This document shows positions 1 to 8,327 of a DNA stretch of 64,000 nt, one piece after another; positions within the stretch are counted from its first letter, which is position 1, and each line of letters starts with the position of its first letter. Source of the DNA: an uncultured Candidatus Peribacteria bacterium (GTDB lineage Bacteria; Patescibacteriota; Gracilibacteria; Peribacterales; Peribacteraceae). The position numbers and the translations under genes were made by a program. The stretch covers positions 16,820 to 80,819 of the forward strand of contig CAZWIA010000001.1 of NCBI GenBank assembly GCA_964633955.1, in the 5' to 3' direction. Under the pieces are notes generated by a model that made no database searches, was not told where the DNA came from, and worked only from the letters and a program-made list of their open reading frames with translations.

Positions 1-339
1 GAGCGGACGGAGTTCCTGCACCACTTCACCAACATGGAGACGGTGTCCCAGCTCATGCAGAACGCGGAGACCGGCAACTTGCAGGTGTTCCTGTACCCCA
101 CGTTCCTGCACGCCAAGATCCTGCTGGTGGACAGGAAGCGCGCGTTCATTGGTTCGGCCAACCTCATGACCTCGTCCATTGACGAGATGGGGGAGGTGAA
201 CGTGCTCATCACCCGGCCCTCCCGCGCGGTGGCGCGGCTCCGGGAGGTGCTCAGGGCGGACATCATGCGGAGCCGGCCGCTCTTAAGCCCTTCCAAATTC
301 CGGTGGTTCATCCGGTGGCTGGCATGGCTGAAACTGTGA
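1..339 (+). CDS. Phospholipase D / cardiolipin synthase-like protein, C-terminal fragment (5' end outside window)
   Basis: Frame 1 is open from nt 1. HKD motif HAKILLVDRKRAFIGSANL is present. Confidence 0.75.
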   Translation, partial: ERTEFLHHFTNMETVSQLMQNAETGNLQVFLYPTFLHAKILLVDRKRAFIGSANLMTSSIDEMGEVNVLITRPSRAVARLREVLRADIMRSRPLLSPSKFRWFIRWLAWLKL

Positions 340-396
340 GGAGCGATGAGCTGATCTGGCAGGTACAGCCCTCACCCCGGCTCGCTTCGCTCACCA

Positions 397-419
397 CCCC
401 TCTCCCCCGGGGAGAGGGG
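397..419 (+). terminator. GC hairpin after the PLD-like gene (cccctctccc / gggagagggg)
   Basis: 10-bp inverted repeat 58 nt after the stop. There is no clear T-tract. Confidence 0.3.
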
Positions 420-535
420 TTGGGGGAGAGGGCGGCGAGTGATTCCTGTTACCGGTGTGGATGATCCAATGCTGTGGGTGATGCATCTCGGCTGGAAAGT
501 TCAGCCTGGGTTGAGAATTCTGAGAGCAATGCTCC

Positions 536-564
536 TGTCCAAAGGGTACAAATCCTGCTATAAT
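536..564 (+). promoter_or_regulatory. Candidate promoter TGTCCA-17-TGcTATAAT
   Basis: Extended -10 (tgc tataat, 556-564) lies 12 nt upstream of the ATG at 576, in an AT-rich patch. Confidence 0.4.
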
Positions 565-575
565 GTAAGGATTCT

Positions 576-2021
576 ATGCAGCGGACGGCTGTCTCCATCG
601 GCGCGGGCACGCTCGCGGCCATCGCGGTCATTGCGGGGGCGGCGTGGGGCGGGGCGGGTCGCGCAAGCGGCGCCAGCGAGTGCGTGGGCAAGCCCTACGG
701 CTATCCCGGCTGTCCATCCATTCAGACCGCTGCCAGTTCCTCCAGCAAGCCGCCGCGGTGCGGAGACGGCAACATCCAGCTGGCGGAAGGGGAGGAGTGC
801 GACATGGCCAACTTCAACGGCCAGCGGGAGTGCAGCCGCACCTGCAAGCTGCTCTTCTGCGGGGACGGCATCGTCTCCCCGCAGCTCCGGGAGGAGTGCG
901 AGCCGGCTGTGCAGGACGTGTACGTGGAGGAGAACGGCTTGCTGGGTGTTGAGCGGCAGTTTATGGCACCCGTGTGCGGCCGGTACTGCAAGCCGCCGGT
1001 GCTGAACAACAAGGCAGAGGTCATCTCCGGCTGCACGTTCGCCTTTGGCCCCGTGTGCGCCGCGTCCCCGGGATCTTCCGTGGCCGTGGTGGTGCCGCAG
1101 GTGTCATCCGTGGCATCCACTCCGTCCTCGCAGGCGGCGCAGGCGGGGTCTGTCAGTTCGATCGGCCAGAGCGTGTCCGCTCTCCCGGCAAGCTCCGTTT
1201 CCTCCGCTTCCACTATCGCCCCGGCTTGCGGCAATGGGTCGCTCGAGGGTGGTGAGGAGTGCGACGACGGTAACCGCGCGGACGGGGACACCTGCACTGC
1301 AACGTGCCGGCATGCTCGTTGCGGGGACGGCGTCCGCCAGGCCGGGGAAGAGTGCGATGACGGCAACCGCCAGGACGCCGACGCTTGCACCAATTCCTGC
1401 CGCACGCCGCTCTGCGGCGACCTGGTGGTGCAGGGGAGTGAGGAGTGCGATGACGGCAACCGGGTGAACGAGGACTACTGCGGGAACGCCTGCCGCCTGG
1501 CGCGCTGCGGGGACGGCGTCCGCCAGCTGGATGAGGAGTGCGATGACGGGAATGCTACGGGCGATGACGGCTGCTCGGCCCGCTGCCGCCTGCCGGTGTG
1601 CGGCAACGGCCTCTTGGAAGCCGGGGAGCAGTGTGATGCCGGCGCCTATAACCACGATGATGCCGCCGGGGCTTGCCGGACGAGCTGCCGCCTGCCCGTC
1701 TGCGGAGACGGCGTCACGGATCCCGGTGAGGAGTGCGACGGCGGAGCGCAGTGCACCCCGGCCTGCCAGTCCGTGACGCTGGGCGCCACTATGCCCCCCT
1801 CATCCGATCCCGGTGAGATCGTCACGCCGCCCTCGGTAGCAGCGCAAAACGGATCCATGGCGGTGCTCCTGGGCATCGGAGCGGCCAGTGCGGTTGTGGC
1901 GGGTATCCTGGGATACCTGATGCGCGGAGAGATCGCCCAGCTTTTTGGCCTGCGCCGGACCAGGAAGGACATTGATGACATTCCGCTGGATGAGATTGAG
2001 ATGCCGTGGCAGAAATTATGA
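576..2021 (+). CDS. Membrane-anchored cysteine-rich repeat protein (CGDG...GEECDDGN...C...C repeats, Myxococcus-type cysteine-rich repeat)
   Basis: About 8 repeats of CG(D/N)G-x5-7-(G/E)EECDDGN-x5-7-C-x3-C. It has an N-terminal hydrophobic segment, a Ser-rich linker and a C-terminal TM (MAVLLGIGAASAVVAGILGYL). Confidence 0.8.
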   Translation: MQRTAVSIGAGTLAAIAVIAGAAWGGAGRASGASECVGKPYGYPGCPSIQTAASSSSKPPRCGDGNIQLAEGEECDMANFNGQRECSRTCKLLFCGDGIVSPQLREECEPAVQDVYVEENGLLGVERQFMAPVCGRYCKPPVLNNKAEVISGCTFAFGPVCAASPGSSVAVVVPQVSSVASTPSSQAAQAGSVSSIGQSVSALPASSVSSASTIAPACGNGSLEGGEECDDGNRADGDTCTATCRHARCGDGVRQAGEECDDGNRQDADACTNSCRTPLCGDLVVQGSEECDDGNRVNEDYCGNACRLARCGDGVRQLDEECDDGNATGDDGCSARCRLPVCGNGLLEAGEQCDAGAYNHDDAAGACRTSCRLPVCGDGVTDPGEECDGGAQCTPACQSVTLGATMPPSSDPGEIVTPPSVAAQNGSMAVLLGIGAASAVVAGILGYLMRGEIAQLFGLRRTRKDIDDIPLDEIEMPWQKL

Positions 2022-2100
2022 AGTTACGAGTCACGAGTTACGAGTTACGGGTTGCGTAGCGCTCAACGTGTAACCTGTAACTTCAAACTCGTAACTCGTA
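2022..2100. repeat. Imperfect palindrome built from GTTACGAG words between convergent genes (likely bidirectional terminator)
   Basis: Left arm agttacgagtcacgagttacgagttacggg pairs with right arm aacctgtaacttcaaactcgtaactcgtaa. Confidence 0.5.
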
Positions 2101-2104
2101 ATGG

Positions 2105-2881
2105 TCAGACCGTCACCCGCACGTACGCGGTCACGTTCACGCCGCCCAGGTACTGGCTCACGGTCTTCCCGGAATCCTTCACGAACGGCTGGGTCATGAG
2201 GGCGCTCTCCTCCCGGAACTTGCGCTCCTTGCCCTGCATGATCTTCTCTTGGATCTCCGCGGGCTTTGGGTCTCCCTTCATCTGCTCCAGCCAGATCTCC
2301 CGCTCCGCAGATACCGCTTCCGCCGGCACGTCCTCCGGCTTCACGTACGCGGGACTCATGGCGGCCGCGTGCATGGCAACGTCCTTGGCGGTTTCCTCCT
2401 TGCCCGTGCCGTCCAGCCCCACCAGCACGCCGATCTTCCGGTTGCTGTGGACGTACGTGCCCACGGACGGCGCCTGGATCTCCCGCACTTCCCCCAAGGA
2501 GATATTCTCTCCCAGCTTCTGGACGGCCTCCGGGATCAGGGTATCGATCGTCCCCTTGGCGCCGGCCTCTCCGTGTTCCAATACCGTCTCCGCCAGCTTC
2601 TGGCCAAATGCCTGGAAGTCATCCGACCGGGAGACGAAGTCCGTCTCGCACCGGATGAGGACCAATGCCGCCTTGCCCGTTCCGGCTGCGGCAAAGATGG
2701 CGCCTTCCCGCTGTTCGCGGTCGGCCTTCTTCACGGCACCCGCAATGCCCTTCTTGCGCAGGATCTCAATGGCTTTCTCCTGGTCGCCCTGCGCTTCCTC
2801 CAGGGCCTGCTTCACGGCCGTGATGGAAACGCCCGTGCGGGCGCGGAGAGCGGCAACGTCGGCGGCGGAAATGGTGGACAT
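2105..2881 (-). CDS. tsf: Elongation factor Ts
   Basis: N-terminal UBA-like MSTISAADVAALRARTGVSITAVKQALEEAQGDQEKAIEILRKKG. It lies downstream of rpsB, the classic operon order. Confidence 0.95.
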   Translation of the reverse strand: MSTISAADVAALRARTGVSITAVKQALEEAQGDQEKAIEILRKKGIAGAVKKADREQREGAIFAAAGTGKAALVLIRCETDFVSRSDDFQAFGQKLAETVLEHGEAGAKGTIDTLIPEAVQKLGENISLGEVREIQAPSVGTYVHSNRKIGVLVGLDGTGKEETAKDVAMHAAAMSPAYVKPEDVPAEAVSAEREIWLEQMKGDPKPAEIQEKIMQGKERKFREESALMTQPFVKDSGKTVSQYLGGVNVTAYVRVTV

Positions 2882-2974
2882 GGGTGGGGAGTGGTAAGTA
2901 ATAAGTGATAAGTGGTCAGTGGTCAGTGGTAAGCGCGGCCATCTGGCCGCAAGTCGTGGTCAGAGCGATCCGAC

Positions 2975-3709
2975 CTAGGCGTTGACGAGCTCGTCATCCT
3001 CCGCTTCCTCTTCCTCGTCACCGGTCGCCTGCTTGGCCTTGCCGCCCAGCTCCTGCTGGACGGTGGTGAGGAGGAGGGTGATGGACTGCACGGCATCGTC
3101 ATTGGCCGGGATGAACGCCGTGAAGAGATCCGGATCCGCGTTGGAATCGCACACGCCGTAGACGGGGATCTTCAGTTTGGCCGCCTCCATGAGCGCCACG
3201 TTGTCCCGCACGGCGTCCAGGATGAACACCGCGTCCGGCAGCCCTTTCATGCGGGAGACGCCGGCCAGCGCCGCATCCAGCTTGGTGAGCTTCTTGCGCA
3301 GCTCCGTCTGCTCCTTCTTGGTGTACTTCTCCACCTCCCCGGTCTGGAACGAGCGCTGCAGGTCCAAGTAGTACTGCAGGCGGCGCTTGATGGTGGACCA
3401 GTTGGTGAGGAGCCCCGGGATCCACTTCTTGGTCACCATGGGCTGGTTGAGGCTTGCGGCCACGGACTCAATGAGCGGGATGCTCTGCTGCTTGGTGGAG
3501 ACGAACAGGATGGTCTTGCCTTCCGTCTGGAGCTTCTTGAGCGCGGCAATGGCTTCCTCCAGCCGCTTGCGCGTCTCTGAGAGGTCAAAGATGTGGATGC
3601 CCCTGCGGACGCCGTAGAGGTACGGCGCCATCTTGGGGTTCCACTTCTCCTTGCGGTGGCCAAAGTGCACGGCGTGGGCCAGGAGATCTTTTTCCGAGGG
3701 GATAGGCAT
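2975..3709 (-). CDS. rpsB: 30S ribosomal protein S2
   Basis: LLAHAVHFGHRKEKWNPKMAPYLYGVRRGIHIFDL is the S2 signature region. It has an acidic C-terminal tail. Confidence 0.95.
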   Translation of the reverse strand: MPIPSEKDLLAHAVHFGHRKEKWNPKMAPYLYGVRRGIHIFDLSETRKRLEEAIAALKKLQTEGKTILFVSTKQQSIPLIESVAASLNQPMVTKKWIPGLLTNWSTIKRRLQYYLDLQRSFQTGEVEKYTKKEQTELRKKLTKLDAALAGVSRMKGLPDAVFILDAVRDNVALMEAAKLKIPVYGVCDSNADPDLFTAFIPANDDAVQSITLLLTTVQQELGGKAKQATGDEEEEAEDDELVNA

Positions 3710-4068
3710 AACGACGGAATAATGAAGTAAGAAGGAGGAATTATGCGATCGGGACGCCCCATGATTCCTGATTCATGACTCATGATTCAGCTTGCCCATT
3801 AGGGCAGCGAACACGGCCGATGCTCAGACATCCTTGGAGCAGCCATCCAGCGTCATCTCGCTCTAGTGCGGAGGATCCCTGTCATCCCGAGTAGGCCTGC
3901 AGGGCCGTATCGAGGGAGAGGGCAGGACCGCAGCGATCAGCTGGACGGGACGCGGGGATTCTAGCAGGGAAAAGGGGTCTGACAAGGGGTTTTGACTTCC
4001 CGGCCGGGCCGGGGAACAATGCCGGGTCTGTCGTGTCCGTTCATTCCTCTGTTGGATTGGAGGGCAGC

Positions 4069-4389
4069 ATGTTCTATGCCGTGGTGCGCACTGGTGGTCT
4101 GGAGATTCAGGAGGGACCGGAAGCGCCGGATGATGCCATCGCCTTCTTTGACCTGGAACCGGAGGAGGCAGCGGCGCTGCGGGCGGACCTTGGCCGGGGT
4201 TCCGCCAGCCTGGTCTGCCGCCGTGCGGCCCAGGTCTGGGAGAGCGGCGTGCCGGAGGATGAGGCGGAGGACCAGGCGATGTTCAGGGGGCTCTCCGAGG
4301 AGCTCACCGGCGTGCTCGTCGTCGTAGTGGACGAGATCGACATCGCGCGGGCTGAGAGGATCGAGTCCGACCTTGCCGGCCTCGCCTGA
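4069..4389 (+). CDS. Hypothetical small acidic protein
   Basis: ORF 4033..4389 with an internal Met at 4069. It is followed by the hairpin gcccgcccc/ggggcgggc. No recognisable motif. Confidence 0.4.
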   Translation: MFYAVVRTGGLEIQEGPEAPDDAIAFFDLEPEEAAALRADLGRGSASLVCRRAAQVWESGVPEDEAEDQAMFRGLSEELTGVLVVVVDEIDIARAERIESDLAGLA

Positions 4390-4418
4390 CAGACCGCCCG
4401 CCCCTCACCGGGGCGGGC

Positions 4419-5258
4419 TCATTTGCGTGTCATTTTGCGCTGCATGAAGAGCGCTTCCTCCTCCGGCGACCGAAAAGCGTCTAGCACGTAAAAATCCCTC
4501 TGGTGGACCTGCCGGCGGATGCCTTCCCGGAACGCGGGCTGCAGCACGGGGCCGTTCATATCCAGGAGGCATTCGAGCTGTTCGGACGGCGTCCGGTTAT
4601 CGAACAGGACATGGAACTCGGCATGGGTGGAGGCGATCCAAGGATAGATATTGAGTGAGCGTTCCGATCCCCTCCGGCTGCGCGGCACCAGATGGTGCTT
4701 GCTCTTCTGGCGCAGCGGTTCAGGGTCGTGCGGGGTGGAGTGTTCCAGGAACCTATCTGAGAGAACCAGGTCCACAATGGCTCGCCGGTTGTCCTGTATC
4801 AGGAGGTCAAAGAGCTGGTTGCATCCCGACCGATTGGGGTGGGGGACGGTATGATCGATCACGGACGCAACGTATGGTTTGGTATGTTCCAGGATGTCCC
4901 TGATCTCATCCTGAATGCCGGACTGGATGACGGAGGCATTGAGATCCAAGAGCCAGGCGAGTTGCTCCGGCGGAGTCCTGTTCCGGAACACGGTATGGAA
5001 CGCCTCGTGGACTGAGACATTCATCTTCATCTGGTTCACCTTATGGCTGGTCCCGCCCCTGCTGCGCGGGATGAGGTAGTGCGTGCTCTTCTGGCCCAGG
5101 TGGATAGGATGGCGCACCGGCAGGGACTCCAGGAACTGGCGTGAGGAGAGGATCGCGACAATCTGCCTCCGCCAGCCTTTCTGCAGCAGGGCTTGAATGA
5201 CATCCGCTCGTTCTTGGGGTGTAGCTTGAATGACCTCGCTGATCTGTTCAGTGGTCAT
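4419..5258 (-). CDS. Protein with two tandem HNH-like modules
   Basis: An internal duplication carries H(Y/H)L(I/V)PRSR(G/R)G...H(E/A)(A/E)FH(T/V)(V/L)F(R/D)NRTP(P/S)EQL twice. Confidence 0.6.
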   Translation of the reverse strand: MTTEQISEVIQATPQERADVIQALLQKGWRRQIVAILSSRQFLESLPVRHPIHLGQKSTHYLIPRSRGGTSHKVNQMKMNVSVHEAFHTVFRNRTPPEQLAWLLDLNASVIQSGIQDEIRDILEHTKPYVASVIDHTVPHPNRSGCNQLFDLLIQDNRRAIVDLVLSDRFLEHSTPHDPEPLRQKSKHHLVPRSRRGSERSLNIYPWIASTHAEFHVLFDNRTPSEQLECLLDMNGPVLQPAFREGIRRQVHQRDFYVLDAFRSPEEEALFMQRKMTRK

Positions 5259-5360
5259 GAGCGGACGGTGAATGGTGAACTGGCCTGAGCCTGCTCCTCG
5301 CTCCTCCTGTCCGCCAGCAAGTCCGCTAGACGGGCGGGGGAAGTGGTCTGTTCCGGAGGC

Positions 5361-6773
5361 TCATGGGTGCTCACTCATGAGACGGCTTGTCAGTTCGCCA
5401 ACCGGCACCCGTTCCTGCTCCAGCGTGTCGCGGTCCCTGATGGTGACGGTGTCCCGCTCGCCCTGAGCGGCGTCTTCTCCCAGGGTGCCAAAATCCACCG
5501 TGACGCACTTGGGCGTGCCCACTTCATCCTGGCGGCGGTACCGCTTGCCAATGGATCCTGTGACATCCACGTCCAAGCGCAGGTCCGTCTTGGCGCTGAG
5601 TACGTCATAGATCTCCTGCGCCTTGGCGATCAGGTTCTCCTTCTTGCTGAGCGGCAGGATGGCTGCCTGCACCGGTGCGATCCTGGGATGCAGGTGCAGG
5701 ACCGTGCGGATGTCGCCTTCGCCCATGGCCTGCTCTTCGTACGCTTCCAGGAGCGTCATGAGCGTCAGGCGGGTGAGGCCGAACGTCGGTTCAATGACGT
5801 GCGGGACCAGCTTCTCCGCCGTGTCCGGGTCCGTGTACTGCAGGTCCTCGCCGGACTGTTCAATGTGATTCTTGAGATCAAAGTCCGTGCGGTAGGCCAG
5901 GCCAAAGAGCTCCTTCCAGCCGAACGGGGTATGGTACTCCACGTCCGCCGTACGTTTGGAGTAGTGGGACAGCTCCTCCTTGTCGTGCTCGCGGACGCGC
6001 AGCCGCTCCTCGGAAAACCCCATCTCCTTGAGCCACCGCTTCTGCTCGGCCAGCCAGTACTGAAATGTCTTCTCCCACTCCTGCTCGCGGATGAAGTACT
6101 CGAACTCCATGAGATCAAACTCCAGCGTGCGGAAGGTGAAGTTACCCGGCGTGATCTCATTGCGGAACACCTTGCCCACGCAGGCGATCCCGAACGGGAG
6201 CCGCTTGCGAGAAGTGTTGAGGACATTCTTGAAGTTCACGAACATCGCCTGCGCCAGCTCGCCGCGGAGGTACACGTCCTGGTTCTTGGCGTCGCCCTCC
6301 ACCGCGCCCAGCTGCGTGCGGAAGAGGAGGTTGAACTTCCTGGCGTCCGTGAACTGGTTGCGCGTGCCGCAGTGTGGACAGGGGATGTTCAGCTCCGCGA
6401 TGATCTGGGTCAGCTCCTGAGTGGATTTCCCTTCCACCTTCACGGCGGAGTCAAAGTTCTCAATCAGGTGGTCCGCGCGGTGGCGCGCCTTGCACTGCTT
6501 GCAGTCCACCATCGCGTCATTGAAATTGGCCACGTGGCCGCTGGATTCCCACACGCGCGGGTTCATCAGGATAGCCGGGTCGATCCCCACCATGTCCTGG
6601 CGCTTCTCAACAAAGCGCTCCCACCACCAGTCCCGGATGGCGTTCTTGAGCGTGGTGCCGTAGGGACCGTAGTCCCAGGAGTTGGCCAGTCCTCCGTAAA
6701 TCTCGGATCCGGGAAACACGAAGCCGCGACGCTTGGCGAGGGAGACGACCTGATCTAAAGAGGAGGCAGGCAT
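5361..6773 (-). CDS. glyQS: Glycine--tRNA ligase (alpha2 dimer type)
   Basis: LAKRRGFVFPGSEIYGGLANSWDYGPYG; FRNEITPGNFTFRTLEFDLMEFEYF. Confidence 0.95.
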   Translation of the reverse strand: MPASSLDQVVSLAKRRGFVFPGSEIYGGLANSWDYGPYGTTLKNAIRDWWWERFVEKRQDMVGIDPAILMNPRVWESSGHVANFNDAMVDCKQCKARHRADHLIENFDSAVKVEGKSTQELTQIIAELNIPCPHCGTRNQFTDARKFNLLFRTQLGAVEGDAKNQDVYLRGELAQAMFVNFKNVLNTSRKRLPFGIACVGKVFRNEITPGNFTFRTLEFDLMEFEYFIREQEWEKTFQYWLAEQKRWLKEMGFSEERLRVREHDKEELSHYSKRTADVEYHTPFGWKELFGLAYRTDFDLKNHIEQSGEDLQYTDPDTAEKLVPHVIEPTFGLTRLTLMTLLEAYEEQAMGEGDIRTVLHLHPRIAPVQAAILPLSKKENLIAKAQEIYDVLSAKTDLRLDVDVTGSIGKRYRRQDEVGTPKCVTVDFGTLGEDAAQGERDTVTIRDRDTLEQERVPVGELTSRLMSEHP

Positions 6774-6781
6774 GGGAGAGG

Positions 6782-6868
6782 AGTGGTCAGCGGGTAGGGG
6801 TCAGTGGTCAGAACGAGAAGGGGAGGTCAGTGGTGAGACTGGCCACTGATCACTGACCTCTGACCACT
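6782..6868. repeat. Imperfect palindrome of GGTCAGTGG words in a divergent intergenic region
   Basis: agtggtcag...ggtcagtggtcag...gaggtcagtggtgagactggcc pairs with ggccactgatcactgacctctgaccact. Confidence 0.5.
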
Positions 6869-6922
6869 CGCCATCATCTAGAAACGCGGGAGAAACCGCT
6901 ACTTTTCGTACTACAGAAAATA

Positions 6923-6931
6923 TGCTACAAT
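6923..6931 (+). promoter_or_regulatory. Extended -10 element TGcTACAAT; implies a leaderless or near-leaderless mRNA
   Basis: The -10 ends 7 nt before the ATG at 6939, in an AT-rich patch. Confidence 0.4.
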
Positions 6932-6938
6932 ATATGGA

Positions 6939-8294
6939 ATGTCCTTCCTCTCCGCCCTGCCGCCCATTGCTCCTGGAAAGACGCTCATCGTCCTGCTGGC
7001 GATCGCGCTCGTGATGGGGCTGGACGTGGTGAGCCGGCTCCGTCACCGCCACTATCACTACGCCTTTGGCGTGATCGTGGGTACGGGGCTCTCAGCCGGG
7101 CTCCTGCAGTTTGCCTCCCTTCTCCTCTCCGGCGCCGGGACGCCGTACGTCATGGGCATCGGCGTGCTGCTGCTGTTCTTGCTGTGGCGGCTGCTCTTTG
7201 GCGCGTGGGAGACGCACGTGAAGGCCGCGGTCCTGGGATCGTTCATCCTGTGGGTAGGGCTCAGGATCCTCTGGAAGGAGGGCGACCACGAGCGCACGGC
7301 CCACCTCCTGGCGTTCCTGGTGGCGGTGATTCCGGCTTTGCTCTGGTCGCTCCTGTTCCTCAAGTACCACCGTGAGCGGCTGTCCACCGTGATGGTGATG
7401 TTCTTTGGCGGGATCGTCTCCACGGCGCCCATCCTCTTCTATGACGCGCTCCTCAAGCGCGGGGTGGAGATGCAGCTCTTCTTCCTGAGGATCGTGCCGG
7501 AGAACTTCAACGACACCGTGGGGCAGTTCATCCGGGAGGCGTTCCCGCCCCTCACGGAGGTGCAGGGCATCTCCCTCTCCCTGCTCTTCACATTCCTGCT
7601 GGTGGCGTTCTTAGAGGAGTGCTGCAAGTTCTGGGTGCTGAAATCCACGGGCAAGTACCTGTACTCATCCATTGATGACGTGATCCAGATGGGCGTACTG
7701 GTGGCGATCGGCTTTGCCTTTGCGGAAAATATCCTCAATGAAGGCTACTTCCTGGGCTTTGTCCGGGACTACCTCACGGAGGGCCGCACGGACTGGGCGT
7801 CCTTTGTGGGCAACGTGGCTGGCCGGTCGGTGCTCACCAGCATGGTGCACATCCTCTCCACCGGCGTCATGGGCTACTTCCTGGGACTGGCGGTCTTTGC
7901 CGGACCGTACCTTCAGGAGCAGCGCCCATCCGGACCTCTGCGCTGGCTTTTGAGCGTGCTCATGCGGGCCTTTGGCCGGCCGCAGAAGGACATCTTCCGT
8001 TCGCTCATGCTGATTAGCGGCTTGAGCGTTGCCACTGCGCTCCACGCGCTCAGTAACTTCATGGTGTCCCTGCCGGACTCCCTGCCGGGCAATCCCCGGA
8101 CGCTGGGAGACATCTTCCAGGCCCCGCCGGGATCACCGCTGCACTGGGTGGCGCTGCTGCTCTTCCCGTCCCTCCTCTATGTGGGCGGCGGCTTCTGGCT
8201 GCTCAGCTTCCTCTTCACGCGGGCGGAGAACATGCGGGAGCGGGGCCGCGTTTTCACCACGGACACGTTTGTCTCCCGGGGGGTACTGGAGTAG
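6939..8294 (+). CDS. PrsW-family intramembrane protease-like protein
   Basis: Polytopic membrane protein with FLEECCKFW (EExxK), GFAFAENIL and ALHALSNF (HxxxN) motifs. Confidence 0.75.
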   Translation: MSFLSALPPIAPGKTLIVLLAIALVMGLDVVSRLRHRHYHYAFGVIVGTGLSAGLLQFASLLLSGAGTPYVMGIGVLLLFLLWRLLFGAWETHVKAAVLGSFILWVGLRILWKEGDHERTAHLLAFLVAVIPALLWSLLFLKYHRERLSTVMVMFFGGIVSTAPILFYDALLKRGVEMQLFFLRIVPENFNDTVGQFIREAFPPLTEVQGISLSLLFTFLLVAFLEECCKFWVLKSTGKYLYSSIDDVIQMGVLVAIGFAFAENILNEGYFLGFVRDYLTEGRTDWASFVGNVAGRSVLTSMVHILSTGVMGYFLGLAVFAGPYLQEQRPSGPLRWLLSVLMRAFGRPQKDIFRSLMLISGLSVATALHALSNFMVSLPDSLPGNPRTLGDIFQAPPGSPLHWVALLLFPSLLYVGGGFWLLSFLFTRAENMRERGRVFTTDTFVSRGVLE

Positions 8295-8327
8295 CATCTG
8301 GGCCTCCTAGCCCTTCTGCGCCCCGCC

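Noticed and set aside
3710-4032. Long upstream region of rpsB as a possible S2-binding leader or other RNA gene.
   Set aside because: I could not recognise any known RNA motif or convincing conserved structure by eye. It needs a covariance-model scan before any call.
5343-6758. Long ORFs antisense to or overlapping clear genes. Examples: 5343-6758 versus glyQS, 13040-14110 and 14162-15253 versus gyrB, 16515-18137 versus hisS, 29531-30775, 42455-43477, 46433-48016 versus rpoD, 50295-51623, 52514-53551.
   Set aside because: High GC suppresses stop codons in non-coding frames. These translations are Arg/Ala/Pro/Gly-rich low-complexity strings with no motifs, whereas the opposite-strand genes have unambiguous conserved motifs.
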